Origin: Pirellulales bacterium | GTDB lineage: Bacteria > Planctomycetota > Planctomycetia > Pirellulales > JAICIG01 | Assembly (NCBI GenBank): GCA_040901675.1 | Contig: JBBDYJ010000026.1 | Location: forward strand, 1 to 64,000 | Direction: 5' to 3' | DNA length: 64,000 bases | Part shown: piece by piece, positions 53,382 through 63,822 of the stretch | Numbering within the stretch: the first letter of the stretch is position 1 | Layout of the letters: the number at the start of each line of letters is the position of its first letter | Translations under genes and position numbers: made by a program | The notes under the pieces: generated by a model | What the model was told of the DNA's origin: nothing | Database searches by the model: none | Seen by the model: only the letters and a program-made list of their open reading frames with translations

Positions 53382-55289
53382 CTAGTGGTTCCAGGAATCC
53401 ATTCGCTCGATGATCTCGAGTTGGTCGCGAGCCAAATCGGGCCTTCCCAACGCGTGGTGCTGTTCCGCCAACCAGCGGCGAAAACCTTTGAGCGTGGGGT
53501 CCAACTCCAGCGCCCGGCGGGCCGCCTCCAGTCCGCCATCCGTATCGCCGGCGTGAAGCAGCAGCTCGGCCGCCTGCTGGTGCATGGGAACAATCCATGG
53601 GTTAATCTTGAGAAACCGATCGACGTAGTCGCTGGCGGCGGCGGTATCGCCGGCAGCAGCACAAACCTGCACCAGCCACGACAACACGTATTCGTTGGTG
53701 GGCTCCAGCGCCAGCGCCCGCTCCAAGTATTCGCGGGCCTGCTTATGCTCGTGGCGGATGAAGGCGGCCTGCCCCAACGTCTTGAGCACCGCCGTATCGT
53801 CGGGCACGACCCGCAGAACCGGTTCGAGAAGGTTCTCGGCCAGCCTCGCCAGCCGCACCCGATCGTGCGACGGCAGATCCGAATCGAGCATTGCCAAACC
53901 TTTCGCCCGGTCGACTTCCCAACCAGCCATACGCAGCTCGCCCCGATCGTAAATCACCAGGGAGGCCGGGTCCGTCCTCATGGGCGCCAGCAGACCGTCG
54001 GCCGGCGCCGGCTTGCGGCGGATCGAATGATCGGTCTGGGACGCGTGGGCAATCTCCTTCGATTCGGTCCGCGGCATGTGGCAACGGATGCACGAATCCT
54101 CGACCGCGAGGCGCTGTGCCTCGTCGAGCGAGCAACCCTTCTCGGCATGGCAATTCAGGCAGCGGGCCCGGTAGTACAAGGCCGCGTCCTGCCCGGGTCT
54201 GGAGTGCGGGGAGTGCGGGTCGTGGCACGATGTGCACGAGAGGTCTCCACCACTGGCCTGGTAGCAGATGCTCTTGCGCATTTGCTCCACCTGGCTTACC
54301 GCGGCGTCGGCGTGCTGCTTGTCCGGCGCTTCGGGGGCAACCATCACGGTCCAAATGTCGTCGATCAGGTCCCCCGGGCGGAAATCGAAGTGCCCCCGTC
54401 CGTACCGCAGGATGCGCGTCGCACCCTGCAAATGGCACTGGTAGCAAACGCTGTCTCGCCGCGCCGCTTCCAAGCGGGCGGGATTGACGATCATCGACCG
54501 GTCGTCCTCGCGCGGCGAGCCGGAGCTTTGCAACTCGACGTGCCGCTGGCCCGGTCCATGGCAGCGTTCGCAGCCGATCGAGATTTCCGCAAAGGGCGGA
54601 TCGAGATAGTGGTCTTCAAAGCCCTCGCGCTTGGCCACCCGGCCCACGTGACACGACAGGCAGCGATCGCCCACCCGCCGGGCGAAGCGAGAATGCACCC
54701 TGGGTGAGTAGCCGGGCGACAGCTCCCACCGTCCCGCCTCCGTGTACCAGGAGATCGACGAGGCAAACAGCACGCCCCCACGGTCGATCAGATACCCGCG
54801 TCCCCGTACGCCCGAACCGAGCGCATAGCGGACGTCCACGCCTTGGTCGTAAATGACTTGCCCGGAAGCGTCGACCATCCGCTCATAATGCGTCACCCGG
54901 TCAGCGGCGCACTCGACCCGGTACGACCGGTTTCCAGGAGGCCGGAACGTTTCGGCCTGGCCGTAGTCCTCGATCGAGTCGCCTGCCAGCGCCTGCCGCG
55001 GGTCGACGGCCTCGGTCGACCGCCACATCGGATGCTGGGAATACGACCGGGCAATGGCCGAATGGCACCTGGCGCAGACGGCGCTGCCCACATACCCCTC
55101 GGCAGGTGGGTCGGGCCGGACTGCCCGCTGACGGACCGCGGCTTTCGAGTCCGGGTCGGTTGGTTCGCCGCGATCTTTCTGCAGCCACACGCCCAAGGCG
55201 ACCAATGCCAGCGCCACCGGCATCGCCACGGCGATGAGCTTTCGTCTGGCGGCGAAACGCCCCCAAGAGTCCCGATGGATGCCCGGCAC
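53382..55289 (-). CDS. membrane-anchored multiheme cytochrome c (7 CxxCH) with C-terminal TPRs
   Basis: CARCH, CLSCH, CERCH, CYQCH, CTSCH, CLNCH, CIRCH; TDHSI; TPR helices. Confidence 0.88.
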   Translation of the reverse strand: MPGIHRDSWGRFAARRKLIAVAMPVALALVALGVWLQKDRGEPTDPDSKAAVRQRAVRPDPPAEGYVGSAVCARCHSAIARSYSQHPMWRSTEAVDPRQALAGDSIEDYGQAETFRPPGNRSYRVECAADRVTHYERMVDASGQVIYDQGVDVRYALGSGVRGRGYLIDRGGVLFASSISWYTEAGRWELSPGYSPRVHSRFARRVGDRCLSCHVGRVAKREGFEDHYLDPPFAEISIGCERCHGPGQRHVELQSSGSPREDDRSMIVNPARLEAARRDSVCYQCHLQGATRILRYGRGHFDFRPGDLIDDIWTVMVAPEAPDKQHADAAVSQVEQMRKSICYQASGGDLSCTSCHDPHSPHSRPGQDAALYYRARCLNCHAEKGCSLDEAQRLAVEDSCIRCHMPRTESKEIAHASQTDHSIRRKPAPADGLLAPMRTDPASLVIYDRGELRMAGWEVDRAKGLAMLDSDLPSHDRVRLARLAENLLEPVLRVVPDDTAVLKTLGQAAFIRHEHKQAREYLERALALEPTNEYVLSWLVQVCAAAGDTAAASDYVDRFLKINPWIVPMHQQAAELLLHAGDTDGGLEAARRALELDPTLKGFRRWLAEQHHALGRPDLARDQLEIIERMDSWNH

Positions 55290-55410
55290 CGCAACGCCTT
55301 TCGACTTGCTGTAACAATACTTGATTCATACCAGCGGGCGTGCGGCGTTTCAATGGAAAAACGACTGCCCGGCGCGAGGACCTTCCGGCCAGCCGACAAG
55401 CCCGCACGAG

Positions 55411-55579
55411 GTAGCTTACTCGCCAGAGTTCAGGCCTGGTGCCACTGCTTGGAGGACCCCGGCACGCCGGGGTCCGACAAGCAGTGCGTCACGACCTGCA
55501 ACCGCCCCCCGCCCATAGCAGGACTCGCCTGAGCTCAGGCAAAGCGGCCGGCGGCCCGAATTCGGGCGAATCCGGCTAC
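55411..55579. repeat. composite repeat cluster: REP, family C palindrome, REP doublet
   Basis: 55411-55434; 55439-55486; 55515-55579 is homologous to 25149-25217. Confidence 0.78.
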
Positions 55580-55691
55580 GAGAGGGGTTTCCACGCTGTT
55601 GGCAGCCGCTTGCAATCGGGGACGATTTAATTTACCATGCTGTTTTGTTTTGTCTCATTCTTTTCCAAGCCTGACTGGGGGGGGTTCAACC

Positions 55692-56282
55692 ATGCTGTAC
55701 AAATCGAGTTTGTGTTTCGGCCTGGCGCTGGCAGTCACCGTGGGCTGCAACAGTTCGTCCGGTCTGCCGACCGTGCCTGTGACCGGCCAGGTTCTCCTGG
55801 ACGGAATCCCGGTATCGGGTGCGGAAATTGTCTTCATGAACAAGGACCGCAGAGAGGGTAAACCTGCTGCCGCGATAACCGACGAGCAGGGCAACTTCAA
55901 GCTCACGACTTATCTGAACCCGAAGGAGAGGCCGGAGGGGGCCTTGCCGGGCGACTACGACGTCGTCTTCAAAAAACTCGAGGTGCTGTCCGGCACCGCA
56001 GAAGAAATGGGCGGTCTCGGCAATCTACAGACAATGCCGCAGGGGAACCTCGACAAGGCACGGAAGGCTAGGCAACAAGCCACCGAGGACATGCTAGCCA
56101 CCGGCAAACGAGATTCGGAAGCTGTCGCCCAAATGCCAACATCTGAAATTGGAATGTATGGAGAGCCGCTGCCCAAGAACCTGCTGCCGGAGAGGTATTC
56201 GAAGGCCGAGACATCGGGGTTCGCGGTTACCGTCCAGGAAGGCGTTGAGCCCTTTATCTTCGAGCTCAAAGAGCAGGAATAA
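55692..56282 (+). CDS. lipoprotein, carboxypeptidase-regulatory-like domain (common DUF1559 neighbour)
   Basis: lipobox TVGC; VPVTGQVLLDGIPV, TDEQGNF, GALPGDY, LPERYS. Confidence 0.85.
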   Translation: MLYKSSLCFGLALAVTVGCNSSSGLPTVPVTGQVLLDGIPVSGAEIVFMNKDRREGKPAAAITDEQGNFKLTTYLNPKERPEGALPGDYDVVFKKLEVLSGTAEEMGGLGNLQTMPQGNLDKARKARQQATEDMLATGKRDSEAVAQMPTSEIGMYGEPLPKNLLPERYSKAETSGFAVTVQEGVEPFIFELKEQE

Positions 56283-56529
56283 GCCGGTTCCTGCGCCCCG
56301 ACGCAGCATTTAAGGCCAGCTCCGGCATTTCACGCGCTGCCGATGGCTCCCGCCGTTTCAGTCTCCGTCGAGGCCTGTTGCGGCCAGGTCCTCCCGGCCC
56401 TTTGAGATTTATCGACTGTTTTGCCGACCGCTCCAACGAGTCGCTTCGTATAATAGATCCGCCGGCGCTCGGACTGTTGTCAGGGATTGCCGGATTCCCA
56501 GTGCGGCCCCTCAGTGCGAGTTCCCCGCG

Positions 56530-57891
56530 GTGGAAACAACCCTGTCGCAAACCGAAGCTACGCCGCAAACGTCGTCGCCGGGCCGGGGCCGCGGCCTGCG
56601 GTCCCCTTGGACGGGCTGGGTCCTCGCTGGCGTGATCTTGTGCATCGCTTTGGCCGCGGTGCCGGCCATACGGCGCGCGAGTCTCTCTTTCAAGATCCAG
56701 GCGGCCCGTGACGCATTGCGGCGGGCCGAGCCGGAAGCCGCCGTCGAGCGGCTTGTGCCCCTTGTCAAGGCATATCCTGATCTGGCCGAGCCCACCTACC
56801 TGCTGGCGGTCGCCTATCGGCGTCTGGGGCAGCTTAGAAAAGTCGCTCCGCTTCTGGAGCAGGCCGAGAAACTTGGCTGGTCGCGTCGCGATACCAAGCG
56901 GCAACGCCTCCTCACGAGGTTCTTGGACGGTTACGTGAAGGAAACCGAATCCGAGCTTCAGAGCTACCTGACTGCGGAAACGACCGACGACGAGGCGGCG
57001 GAGATCTACGAAGCCTTCGTGAAAGGCTACTTGTCCGAACTTCGCTTCCAGGAGGCGGACATCTGCATCAGCTTTTGGACTCAGTGGCGTCCGCACGACG
57101 CGCGGCCGCGTCTGTGGCGTGCCGAAATGGCTGGGGTCCTGAACGACCTCGAAGCGCAAATTGAGGAATACCGCAAGATCCTCGCGTTCGACCCGGACCA
57201 CTACGAGGCCAGCGCCAGCCTGGCGGGCGCCTTGCTGAAGAGGAATGAAGTCGAGGAGGCGTACCAGCATTTCAGTCGCTGCCTGAAACTGCGGCCCGAG
57301 CAGGCCGCGCCTCTGGTCGGTCTGGCCGAATGCCAGCAGCGGCTCGGCAAGACAGCCGAGGCCAGGGAGACGGTCATGGCGGCTCTGAAGCGTCGCTTGA
57401 GTCGCACGGATCAGGCTCTGGCCTACAAGACCCTGGGCAAGATCGAGCTGGAGTTGCGAAATGTCGCCGGCGCCGTGCCGGCGCTGGAAAAGACGCTTGA
57501 ACTCGATCCCCGCGATTTGGACGCCATGTATGCGCTGGGCCTGGCGCTGCAGCGGATCGGACGCAAGAAGGACGCGGAGCAACACCTGGTCCGCTCGCGA
57601 CAGCTTCGCAAGTACGAAGGGCAGAGGGGCGATCTTGCCCGCGAAATCGTGCGGGATCCGGAAAACGCCGACCTGCGATGCAAGGCCGGCACGATGCTGT
57701 TGGAAGAAGGCCTGGACGGCGAGGCGCTGGTGTGGTTGATATCCGCCCTGCGGCTCGACAGCGGGCATCGTGCCTCGCATGAAGCCTTCGTGACCTACTA
57801 CGAACGCCGCGGCAATAGCGAGATGGCTTCGAAACACCGGATCGCGGCAGCCACGACCGTTCGATCGCTCTCCAATCGGGGGACTCCCTAG
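56530..57891 (+). CDS. membrane-anchored TPR protein
   Basis: one N-terminal TM; repeated TPR helices (ALEKTLELDPRD..YALG). Confidence 0.85.
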   Translation: METTLSQTEATPQTSSPGRGRGLRSPWTGWVLAGVILCIALAAVPAIRRASLSFKIQAARDALRRAEPEAAVERLVPLVKAYPDLAEPTYLLAVAYRRLGQLRKVAPLLEQAEKLGWSRRDTKRQRLLTRFLDGYVKETESELQSYLTAETTDDEAAEIYEAFVKGYLSELRFQEADICISFWTQWRPHDARPRLWRAEMAGVLNDLEAQIEEYRKILAFDPDHYEASASLAGALLKRNEVEEAYQHFSRCLKLRPEQAAPLVGLAECQQRLGKTAEARETVMAALKRRLSRTDQALAYKTLGKIELELRNVAGAVPALEKTLELDPRDLDAMYALGLALQRIGRKKDAEQHLVRSRQLRKYEGQRGDLAREIVRDPENADLRCKAGTMLLEEGLDGEALVWLISALRLDSGHRASHEAFVTYYERRGNSEMASKHRIAAATTVRSLSNRGTP

Positions 57892-57951
57892 CGCGTGGCA
57901 TACGCCGGTCGAAGTCCGGCAAAACTCTTCCATCAGGCAAACTGGCAACCG

Positions 57952-59772
57952 ATGCCGCGACTGCTCCGTGACCAACCTGCCCGACTGTCCCCTGACCTAA
58001 GCGCCCCAATGCGGCTTGGCGCCTTGGCGTGGTTGTTGATCAGCCCCTTGGCGATCGGCTGCGAAGGCAAGGCCGCCAGCAGCGTCGCGCCGGCTGCTCT
58101 GCCGGCCAGCCCGGTGGCGAGCAGCGGGCCCAAGGAAGGCTCGATTCGCCTGGTCAACGTCACGCATCGCACCGGCATCGAGTTCGTGTACGAGAATGGC
58201 CGGGAAGCCGGGATGCACGCCATCCTGGAGTCGCTGGGCGGTGGGGTGGGGCTGTTCGATTATGACAACGATGGCCGGCTCGACCTGTTTTGCCTGGGCG
58301 GCGGCCGTTATCTCCAGGATGGCCCGGTGGGCCTGCCCTCCGCGTTGTTCCGCAACCTGGGTGATTGGAAGTTCGATGACGTGACCGCGCCCAGCGCTGC
58401 CGGCGGCGCGCCCCACTACACGCACGGCTGCTCGGCGGCCGACTACGACGCCGACGGCTTCGTCGACGTGCTGGTGACGGGCTACGGCGGCCTGCTGCTC
58501 TTGCACAACCAGGGGGACGGCACGTTTGTGGAGGTCAGCGGCGAGGCCGGTCTCGACGACCGGCTGTGGAGTTCCGCCGCCGCCTGGGGAGACTTGAACG
58601 GCGACGGCCATCTGGACCTGTACGTCGCGCATTACGTCGACTGGTCGATGGAAAACAACCCGGAGTGCCTCGCCGGCCAACGCCGGCGTGAAATCTGCCC
58701 GCCGAAAGAGTTCAACCCGCTGCCCGACAGCGTTTATTACAGCAACGGCGACGGCACCTTCTACGACGCCACCTCCACGGCGGGTCTGCGTCCGGACGGC
58801 AAGGGGCTGGGCCTGGTGCTGGCCGACTTGGACCACGACGGCGACCTGGACGTCTACGTGGCCAACGACACGGTCGATAACTTTTTTTACATCAATGACG
58901 GCCGGGGAGTTTTCGAGGAAGAGGGTATGCTGCGAGGGGTCGCTTGTGGCGAGGGCGGCAACTTCGACGGCAGCATGGGGCTGGACTTGTGCGATTTCAA
59001 CGGCGACCTGCTTCCCGACCTGTGGGTGGCGAACTTTGAGGAAGAGTCCTTCGCGCTGTATCGCAATGAGCTCAGCCGCCACGAGCTCATCGGCACCGAA
59101 GCGCCCGGGTTTTTCGTCCATGTCAGCCGCGGCGCCGGCATCACGGCGCTGGGAACCTTGTTCGTCGGCTTCGGCACGGTGGCGGTCGACGTCGACAAGG
59201 ACGGGGACGAAGACTTTGTCGTCTCGAATGGACACGTGATCAACTTTCCACGCTCCGCGCCGATCAAGCAACTGCCGCTGATGTTGCTGAATCACAGGGG
59301 CGATCTGGGCGAGCCCCGATTCTGGCGGCACTCGATTTCGTCGGGCGGCTATTTCGAACAGCAGCATCGCGGTCGCGGTCTGGCCGCGGGCGACCTGGAC
59401 GACGACGGCGACATCGACCTGGTGTTCTCCCACGACGACGACGAGCCGGTCGCCCTGGTTCGCAACAACACCGCCCCGGGCAACGATTGGCTGCGAGTGC
59501 GGCTGATTGGCCGCGCCTCGAATCGCGATGCCATTGGAGCCCGCCTGGTCCTGACCACCGCCACGTCGTCGCAGTTGCGGCACGTCAAGGGAGGCTGCAG
59601 TTACCTCTCCCAGTCGGACCTGCGGCCATTCTGGGGGTTGGGAAAAAAGGCGACCATCGAGAGCCTCTCGATCGTTTGGCCTTCAGGGATCGTGCAGGAG
59701 TTGACTTCCATCGAACCCAACCAGACGCTGACCCTTGTTGAACCGGATCCGCCGGGTCCGTTCCCTCAATAA
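57952..59772 (+). CDS. CRTAC1-like FG-GAP + ASPIC/UnbV lipoprotein (paralog B1)
   Basis: lipobox AIGC; ESLGGGV, DYDNDG, GKGLG, ANDT, SNRDAIGA, SYLSQSD; start chosen by paralog alignment. Confidence 0.88.
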   Translation: MPRLLRDQPARLSPDLSAPMRLGALAWLLISPLAIGCEGKAASSVAPAALPASPVASSGPKEGSIRLVNVTHRTGIEFVYENGREAGMHAILESLGGGVGLFDYDNDGRLDLFCLGGGRYLQDGPVGLPSALFRNLGDWKFDDVTAPSAAGGAPHYTHGCSAADYDADGFVDVLVTGYGGLLLLHNQGDGTFVEVSGEAGLDDRLWSSAAAWGDLNGDGHLDLYVAHYVDWSMENNPECLAGQRRREICPPKEFNPLPDSVYYSNGDGTFYDATSTAGLRPDGKGLGLVLADLDHDGDLDVYVANDTVDNFFYINDGRGVFEEEGMLRGVACGEGGNFDGSMGLDLCDFNGDLLPDLWVANFEEESFALYRNELSRHELIGTEAPGFFVHVSRGAGITALGTLFVGFGTVAVDVDKDGDEDFVVSNGHVINFPRSAPIKQLPLMLLNHRGDLGEPRFWRHSISSGGYFEQQHRGRGLAAGDLDDDGDIDLVFSHDDDEPVALVRNNTAPGNDWLRVRLIGRASNRDAIGARLVLTTATSSQLRHVKGGCSYLSQSDLRPFWGLGKKATIESLSIVWPSGIVQELTSIEPNQTLTLVEPDPPGPFPQ

Positions 59773-59797
59773 CCCTCTTGTGGGCAGCCGGACACCG

Positions 59798-61600
59798 ATG
59801 CCGCGACTTTGCCCTGATCAACGTGGCCCGACAAGGCTTGCCGTCTCCGCCGTCTTGGCGCTATGGATCGGCCCCTGGGCGATCGGCTGCGAAGGCAAGG
59901 CCGCCAGCAGCGTCGCCCCGGGTGGCCTGTCGCCCGGCCCCGTGGCCAGCGCCGGCCCCCGGGAGGGCTCGATTCGACTGGAGAACGTCACGGACCGCAC
60001 CGGCATCGAGTTCGTTTATCAGAATGGGCGGGAAGCGGGCATGCACGCCATCCTGGAGTCGCTGGGGGGCGGGGTGGGGCTGTTCGATTACGACAACGAC
60101 GGCTGGCTCGACCTGTTTTGCCTGGGGGGCGGCCGGTATACCGGGGACGGGCCGGTGGGGCTCCCCTCCGGCTTGTTCCGCAACCTGGGCGATTGGAAGT
60201 TCCGGGACGTGACTGCGGTCAGCGCGGCCGGCACCGCCGCGTATTACACGCATGGCTGCACGGCCGCCGACTACGACTCCGACGGCTTCGTCGACGTGCT
60301 GGTGACCGGCTACGGCGGCTTGCAGCTCTTGCACAACCAGGGCGACGGCACGTTTGTCGAAGAGAGCAGCCAGGCCGGTCTGGACGATCGGCTGTGGAGT
60401 TCGGCGGCCGCCTGGGGAGACTTGAACGGGGACGGCCATCTGGACCTGTACGTTGCGCATTACGTCGACTGGTCGATGGAGAACAACCCGGAGTGCCTGC
60501 TGGCGGATGGTCAGCGCGAGATCTGCCCACCGAAGAATTTCAACCCTTTGCCCGACGTAGTGTATTACAGCAACGGCAATGGAAGCTTCCGCGATGCCAC
60601 GTCGACGGCGGGTCTGCGGCCCGGCGGCAAGGGACTGGGCGTCGTGCTGGCCGACCTGGACCACGACGGCGACCTGGACATCTACGTGGCCAACGACACG
60701 GTCGAGAACTTCCTTTACATCAATGACGGTCAGGGCGTCTTCAAGGAAGAGGCGCTTCTGCGGGGCGTTGCTTGCGGCGAAGAAGGCAACTTCGATGCCA
60801 GCATGGGGGTCGACTTGTGCGACTTCAATGGCGACCTGCTCCCCGATCTGTTTGTGGCGAACTGGGAGGAAGAGGCATTCGCCGTATACCGCAACGAGCT
60901 GAGCCGGGATGAGCTCACCGGCAATGAGCTGGCGGGCCATTTTATCCACGCGAGCCGCGGCACCGGTGTCACGGCGCTGGGTGATTTGTTCGTGGGATTC
61001 GCCACGCTGGCGGTGGACATTGACAAGGACGGCGACGAAGACTTTGCCGTCTCCAACGGGCACGTGATGAACTATCCCGAGGCATCGCCGATCAAGCAAC
61101 TGCCGCTGATGTTGCTGAATCACAAGGGCAATCTGGGCGAGGACCGATTCTGGCGGCACTCGCTTTCGTCGGGCGATTACTTCGAGCTGGCGCACCGGGG
61201 CCGCGGTCTGGCCGCGAGCGACCTGGACGAAGACGGCGACATCGACCTGGTGTTCTCCCACGACGACGACGAACCGACCGCCCTGGTCCGCAACGACACC
61301 GCCCCGGACAACGATTGGCTGCGGGCGCGGTTGATCGGCCGCGCCTCCAATCGCGATGCCATTGGGGCCCGGCTGGTGCTCACGACCACCACCTCGTCCC
61401 AGTTGCGGCATGTCAAGGGAGGGTGCAGTTACCTTTCCCAGTCGGACCTACGGCCATTCTGGGGGCTGGGAAAAGGGGCAATCATCCAGAGCCTTTCGAT
61501 TGTTTGGCCGTCCGGGGTCGAGCAGAACTTGACTTCTATCGAACCCAACCAGACACTGACCATTGTGCAACCCGACCCGGCGGACGCATCCCCGAAATGA
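59798..61600 (+). CDS. CRTAC1-like FG-GAP + ASPIC/UnbV lipoprotein (paralog B2)
   Basis: close tandem paralog of B1, same AIGCEGKAASS. Confidence 0.88.
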   Translation: MPRLCPDQRGPTRLAVSAVLALWIGPWAIGCEGKAASSVAPGGLSPGPVASAGPREGSIRLENVTDRTGIEFVYQNGREAGMHAILESLGGGVGLFDYDNDGWLDLFCLGGGRYTGDGPVGLPSGLFRNLGDWKFRDVTAVSAAGTAAYYTHGCTAADYDSDGFVDVLVTGYGGLQLLHNQGDGTFVEESSQAGLDDRLWSSAAAWGDLNGDGHLDLYVAHYVDWSMENNPECLLADGQREICPPKNFNPLPDVVYYSNGNGSFRDATSTAGLRPGGKGLGVVLADLDHDGDLDIYVANDTVENFLYINDGQGVFKEEALLRGVACGEEGNFDASMGVDLCDFNGDLLPDLFVANWEEEAFAVYRNELSRDELTGNELAGHFIHASRGTGVTALGDLFVGFATLAVDIDKDGDEDFAVSNGHVMNYPEASPIKQLPLMLLNHKGNLGEDRFWRHSLSSGDYFELAHRGRGLAASDLDEDGDIDLVFSHDDDEPTALVRNDTAPDNDWLRARLIGRASNRDAIGARLVLTTTTSSQLRHVKGGCSYLSQSDLRPFWGLGKGAIIQSLSIVWPSGVEQNLTSIEPNQTLTIVQPDPADASPK

Positions 61601-62913
61601 ACGAGACCTCCTCCACCTCTGCCCCGCTGATGGCCCCGGCCGCTGGCGGCCCAAACCCAGCGCCCTTGTTGGAACCGTCCGTGGACCGGCACGAGCCCGG
61701 CTGGCGCCACCCGGCCGGCCGCCCGCGCCGCAGGCCAAGCCGCCGACTGCTCGCCCTGCTGGCTGCCGTGCTGGTATCGACCGGCGGCGGCAGTTGGCTC
61801 TTCTATCGTCACAACCAGCCGGATGCCCGTTTTCGGCGCGGCTTGGAGGCGATTAAGGCCCGCGACTTCGAGCGGGTCAAGTACTGCCTGGTCGGTCTGC
61901 CCGAGGCTCCACGGTACGAACCCCACGTGGCACTGCTCAACGGCAGCTTGCTGCTGGAGCGCAAGCAATTCAAAGAGGCGCTGCGCGAACTGCACTTCTC
62001 GCTTGACCACGATCAAACGAGACCGACCGCGTTGACCTTGGCCGGAATGGCGCTGCACCAACTCGGATACTTCCAGCTGGCCGAACGCAACTTGCAGTTC
62101 GCGCTCCAGCAGGATCCCGAGCAGGTCGACGCCCACCGTTGGTTGGCAGCCGCCTATTATGACGTCGGCGTCATGGACCGCGCTATGGTCCATCTCGAAA
62201 AAGTCGCCGAGATGGATTTGTCCGACCCGCGGCCCCACCGGATCATGGGATTGATCCGCATGGATAAGAACAGCGACGCCCAGGCCGTCGAAGACTACCA
62301 GGAATCGCTTCGCCGCGACCCCAAACAGCCCGACGCGCAGCAAATCCGGTTGGAGCTGGCCGAAACGCAGATGGACCTGCTGCAGTACCCGCAGGCGCTA
62401 AAGACGCTGGCGGACTCTGAACAAACAGCCGACGTGCTGGGACTCGCCGCCGAGTGTCATTACAACGAAGGCCGCAAGCGACAGGCCATCGAGATCGCCG
62501 AACGGGCCTTGGAGTTGGTACCCCATCATCGCCCGGCGCTGCTGTTCAAGGCACGGCTGGCTGCCGACAGCGGCGACCAAAAGCGCCAGCGGCAGATCCT
62601 GGAACAACTGGTGAAGCATTACCCGAACAGCTTCGATTCGCACTACAACCTCGCCTTGGCCTATCAGCGCATGGGCCTGGTCGACAAGGCCGACGAGCAA
62701 ATGAAAGAGGTCCAGCGTTTGCAGGACCTTCGGCGCGAAAACGACGAACTACTGCAACAGGCCGAGGTCGAACTCTACAATGCCGATATCCGTTACCGCC
62801 TGGGCGTTATTTCCGATCAGCTCGACATGAAAAAACTGGCCAAAACCTGGTACAGGGCCGCGTTGGCCCTCGACCCAGGCCACTTCAAAGCCCGCGTGGC
62901 GCTGAACAACTGA
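61597..62913 (+). CDS. membrane-anchored TPR protein
   Basis: ATGA overlap; one TM; TPR helices. Confidence 0.85.
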   Translation: MNETSSTSAPLMAPAAGGPNPAPLLEPSVDRHEPGWRHPAGRPRRRPSRRLLALLAAVLVSTGGGSWLFYRHNQPDARFRRGLEAIKARDFERVKYCLVGLPEAPRYEPHVALLNGSLLLERKQFKEALRELHFSLDHDQTRPTALTLAGMALHQLGYFQLAERNLQFALQQDPEQVDAHRWLAAAYYDVGVMDRAMVHLEKVAEMDLSDPRPHRIMGLIRMDKNSDAQAVEDYQESLRRDPKQPDAQQIRLELAETQMDLLQYPQALKTLADSEQTADVLGLAAECHYNEGRKRQAIEIAERALELVPHHRPALLFKARLAADSGDQKRQRQILEQLVKHYPNSFDSHYNLALAYQRMGLVDKADEQMKEVQRLQDLRRENDELLQQAEVELYNADIRYRLGVISDQLDMKKLAKTWYRAALALDPGHFKARVALNN

Positions 62914-62939
62914 GAACGACCGAAAGGAATTCACTCCGT

Positions 62940-63758
62940 ATGGCTCAGCCCAACGACCGCTCACCTGCTCACGCTCCTGCCGGCACGGCTTCCCCCGGAA
63001 CTCACACTGCCGCTGCACCGCCGCAAGCCCAAGCTGGCCCGGTTCAACCGGCCGGCATCGCTGCCCGCCTCTGGCATCTGATGGTAGCCGCCGCCCTTGC
63101 CGGCGTGCTGGTCTGGCTGCTCGTCCAGCAGTTTACGCCGGTTTTCGGCCCAACCAGCGAAGGCGGCCCGGCCACGACTGAAATGCCCCCCACCGCGCAA
63201 CTCAGCGCCTCGCATGGCATTAAATACGGCAATACGGCCGTTGTTTACGGCTTGTTTGGCGGCATTGTGGCGGCCTTTTTCGCCGTTGCCGAGGGAGCGG
63301 CGCGCCGATCGGCCGGCTATGCCGTGGTCGGGGTGCTGCTCGGCCTGCTCAGCGGGGCGGTTTTCGGCGCGCTGGGTGCTGGGGCGGGACGGTTCATCGA
63401 GACCACGGAGCCGTCTGTAGAGCGGATGGTCAAGACGATGATGATGCACGCCGCCGGTTGGTCGATTACAGGCTTGGGAGTGGGACTTGGCTTCACCATC
63501 GCCTCCTGGCGCGGAAAAACCATCGGCCTCGCCGTGCTGGGGGGTGTTGTGGCGGGCGGCGTGTCGGGACTGCTGTTTCCCATTCTGGCCGGGCTGCTGT
63601 TTACGGGCTCCAACACCGACCAGATCGTACCGGCCGGCTCCGGCGCCCGTTTGTTCTGGTTTGTCTTGACAGCCTCGCTGATGGCAATCGTGGTGGGCGG
63701 CCTGCGCGGCACTCGCCCGCGTCGTGCCCGCCAACCCGCGCCGGCGACCTCCGCCTGA
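62940..63758 (+). CDS. Gly/Ala-rich polytopic membrane protein
   Basis: AAGGA RBS; about 6 hydrophobic segments. Confidence 0.75.
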   Translation: MAQPNDRSPAHAPAGTASPGTHTAAAPPQAQAGPVQPAGIAARLWHLMVAAALAGVLVWLLVQQFTPVFGPTSEGGPATTEMPPTAQLSASHGIKYGNTAVVYGLFGGIVAAFFAVAEGAARRSAGYAVVGVLLGLLSGAVFGALGAGAGRFIETTEPSVERMVKTMMMHAAGWSITGLGVGLGFTIASWRGKTIGLAVLGGVVAGGVSGLLFPILAGLLFTGSNTDQIVPAGSGARLFWFVLTASLMAIVVGGLRGTRPRRARQPAPATSA

Positions 63759-63822
63759 AACGCCGCCTCTCAAGAGCGAAAAACGCCAGCGGGCCGGAAC
63801 CGCTCAGCGGGGGAGCCGAACT

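Noticed and set aside
56421..56454. TATAAT promoter upstream of the TPR gene
   Set aside because: The nearest TTG-type -35 is 22 nt away; insufficient support
43227..61600. Enediyne biosynthetic cluster suggested by UnbV domains
   Set aside because: No polyketide synthase or thioesterase present; ASPIC/UnbV domains are common in planctomycetes
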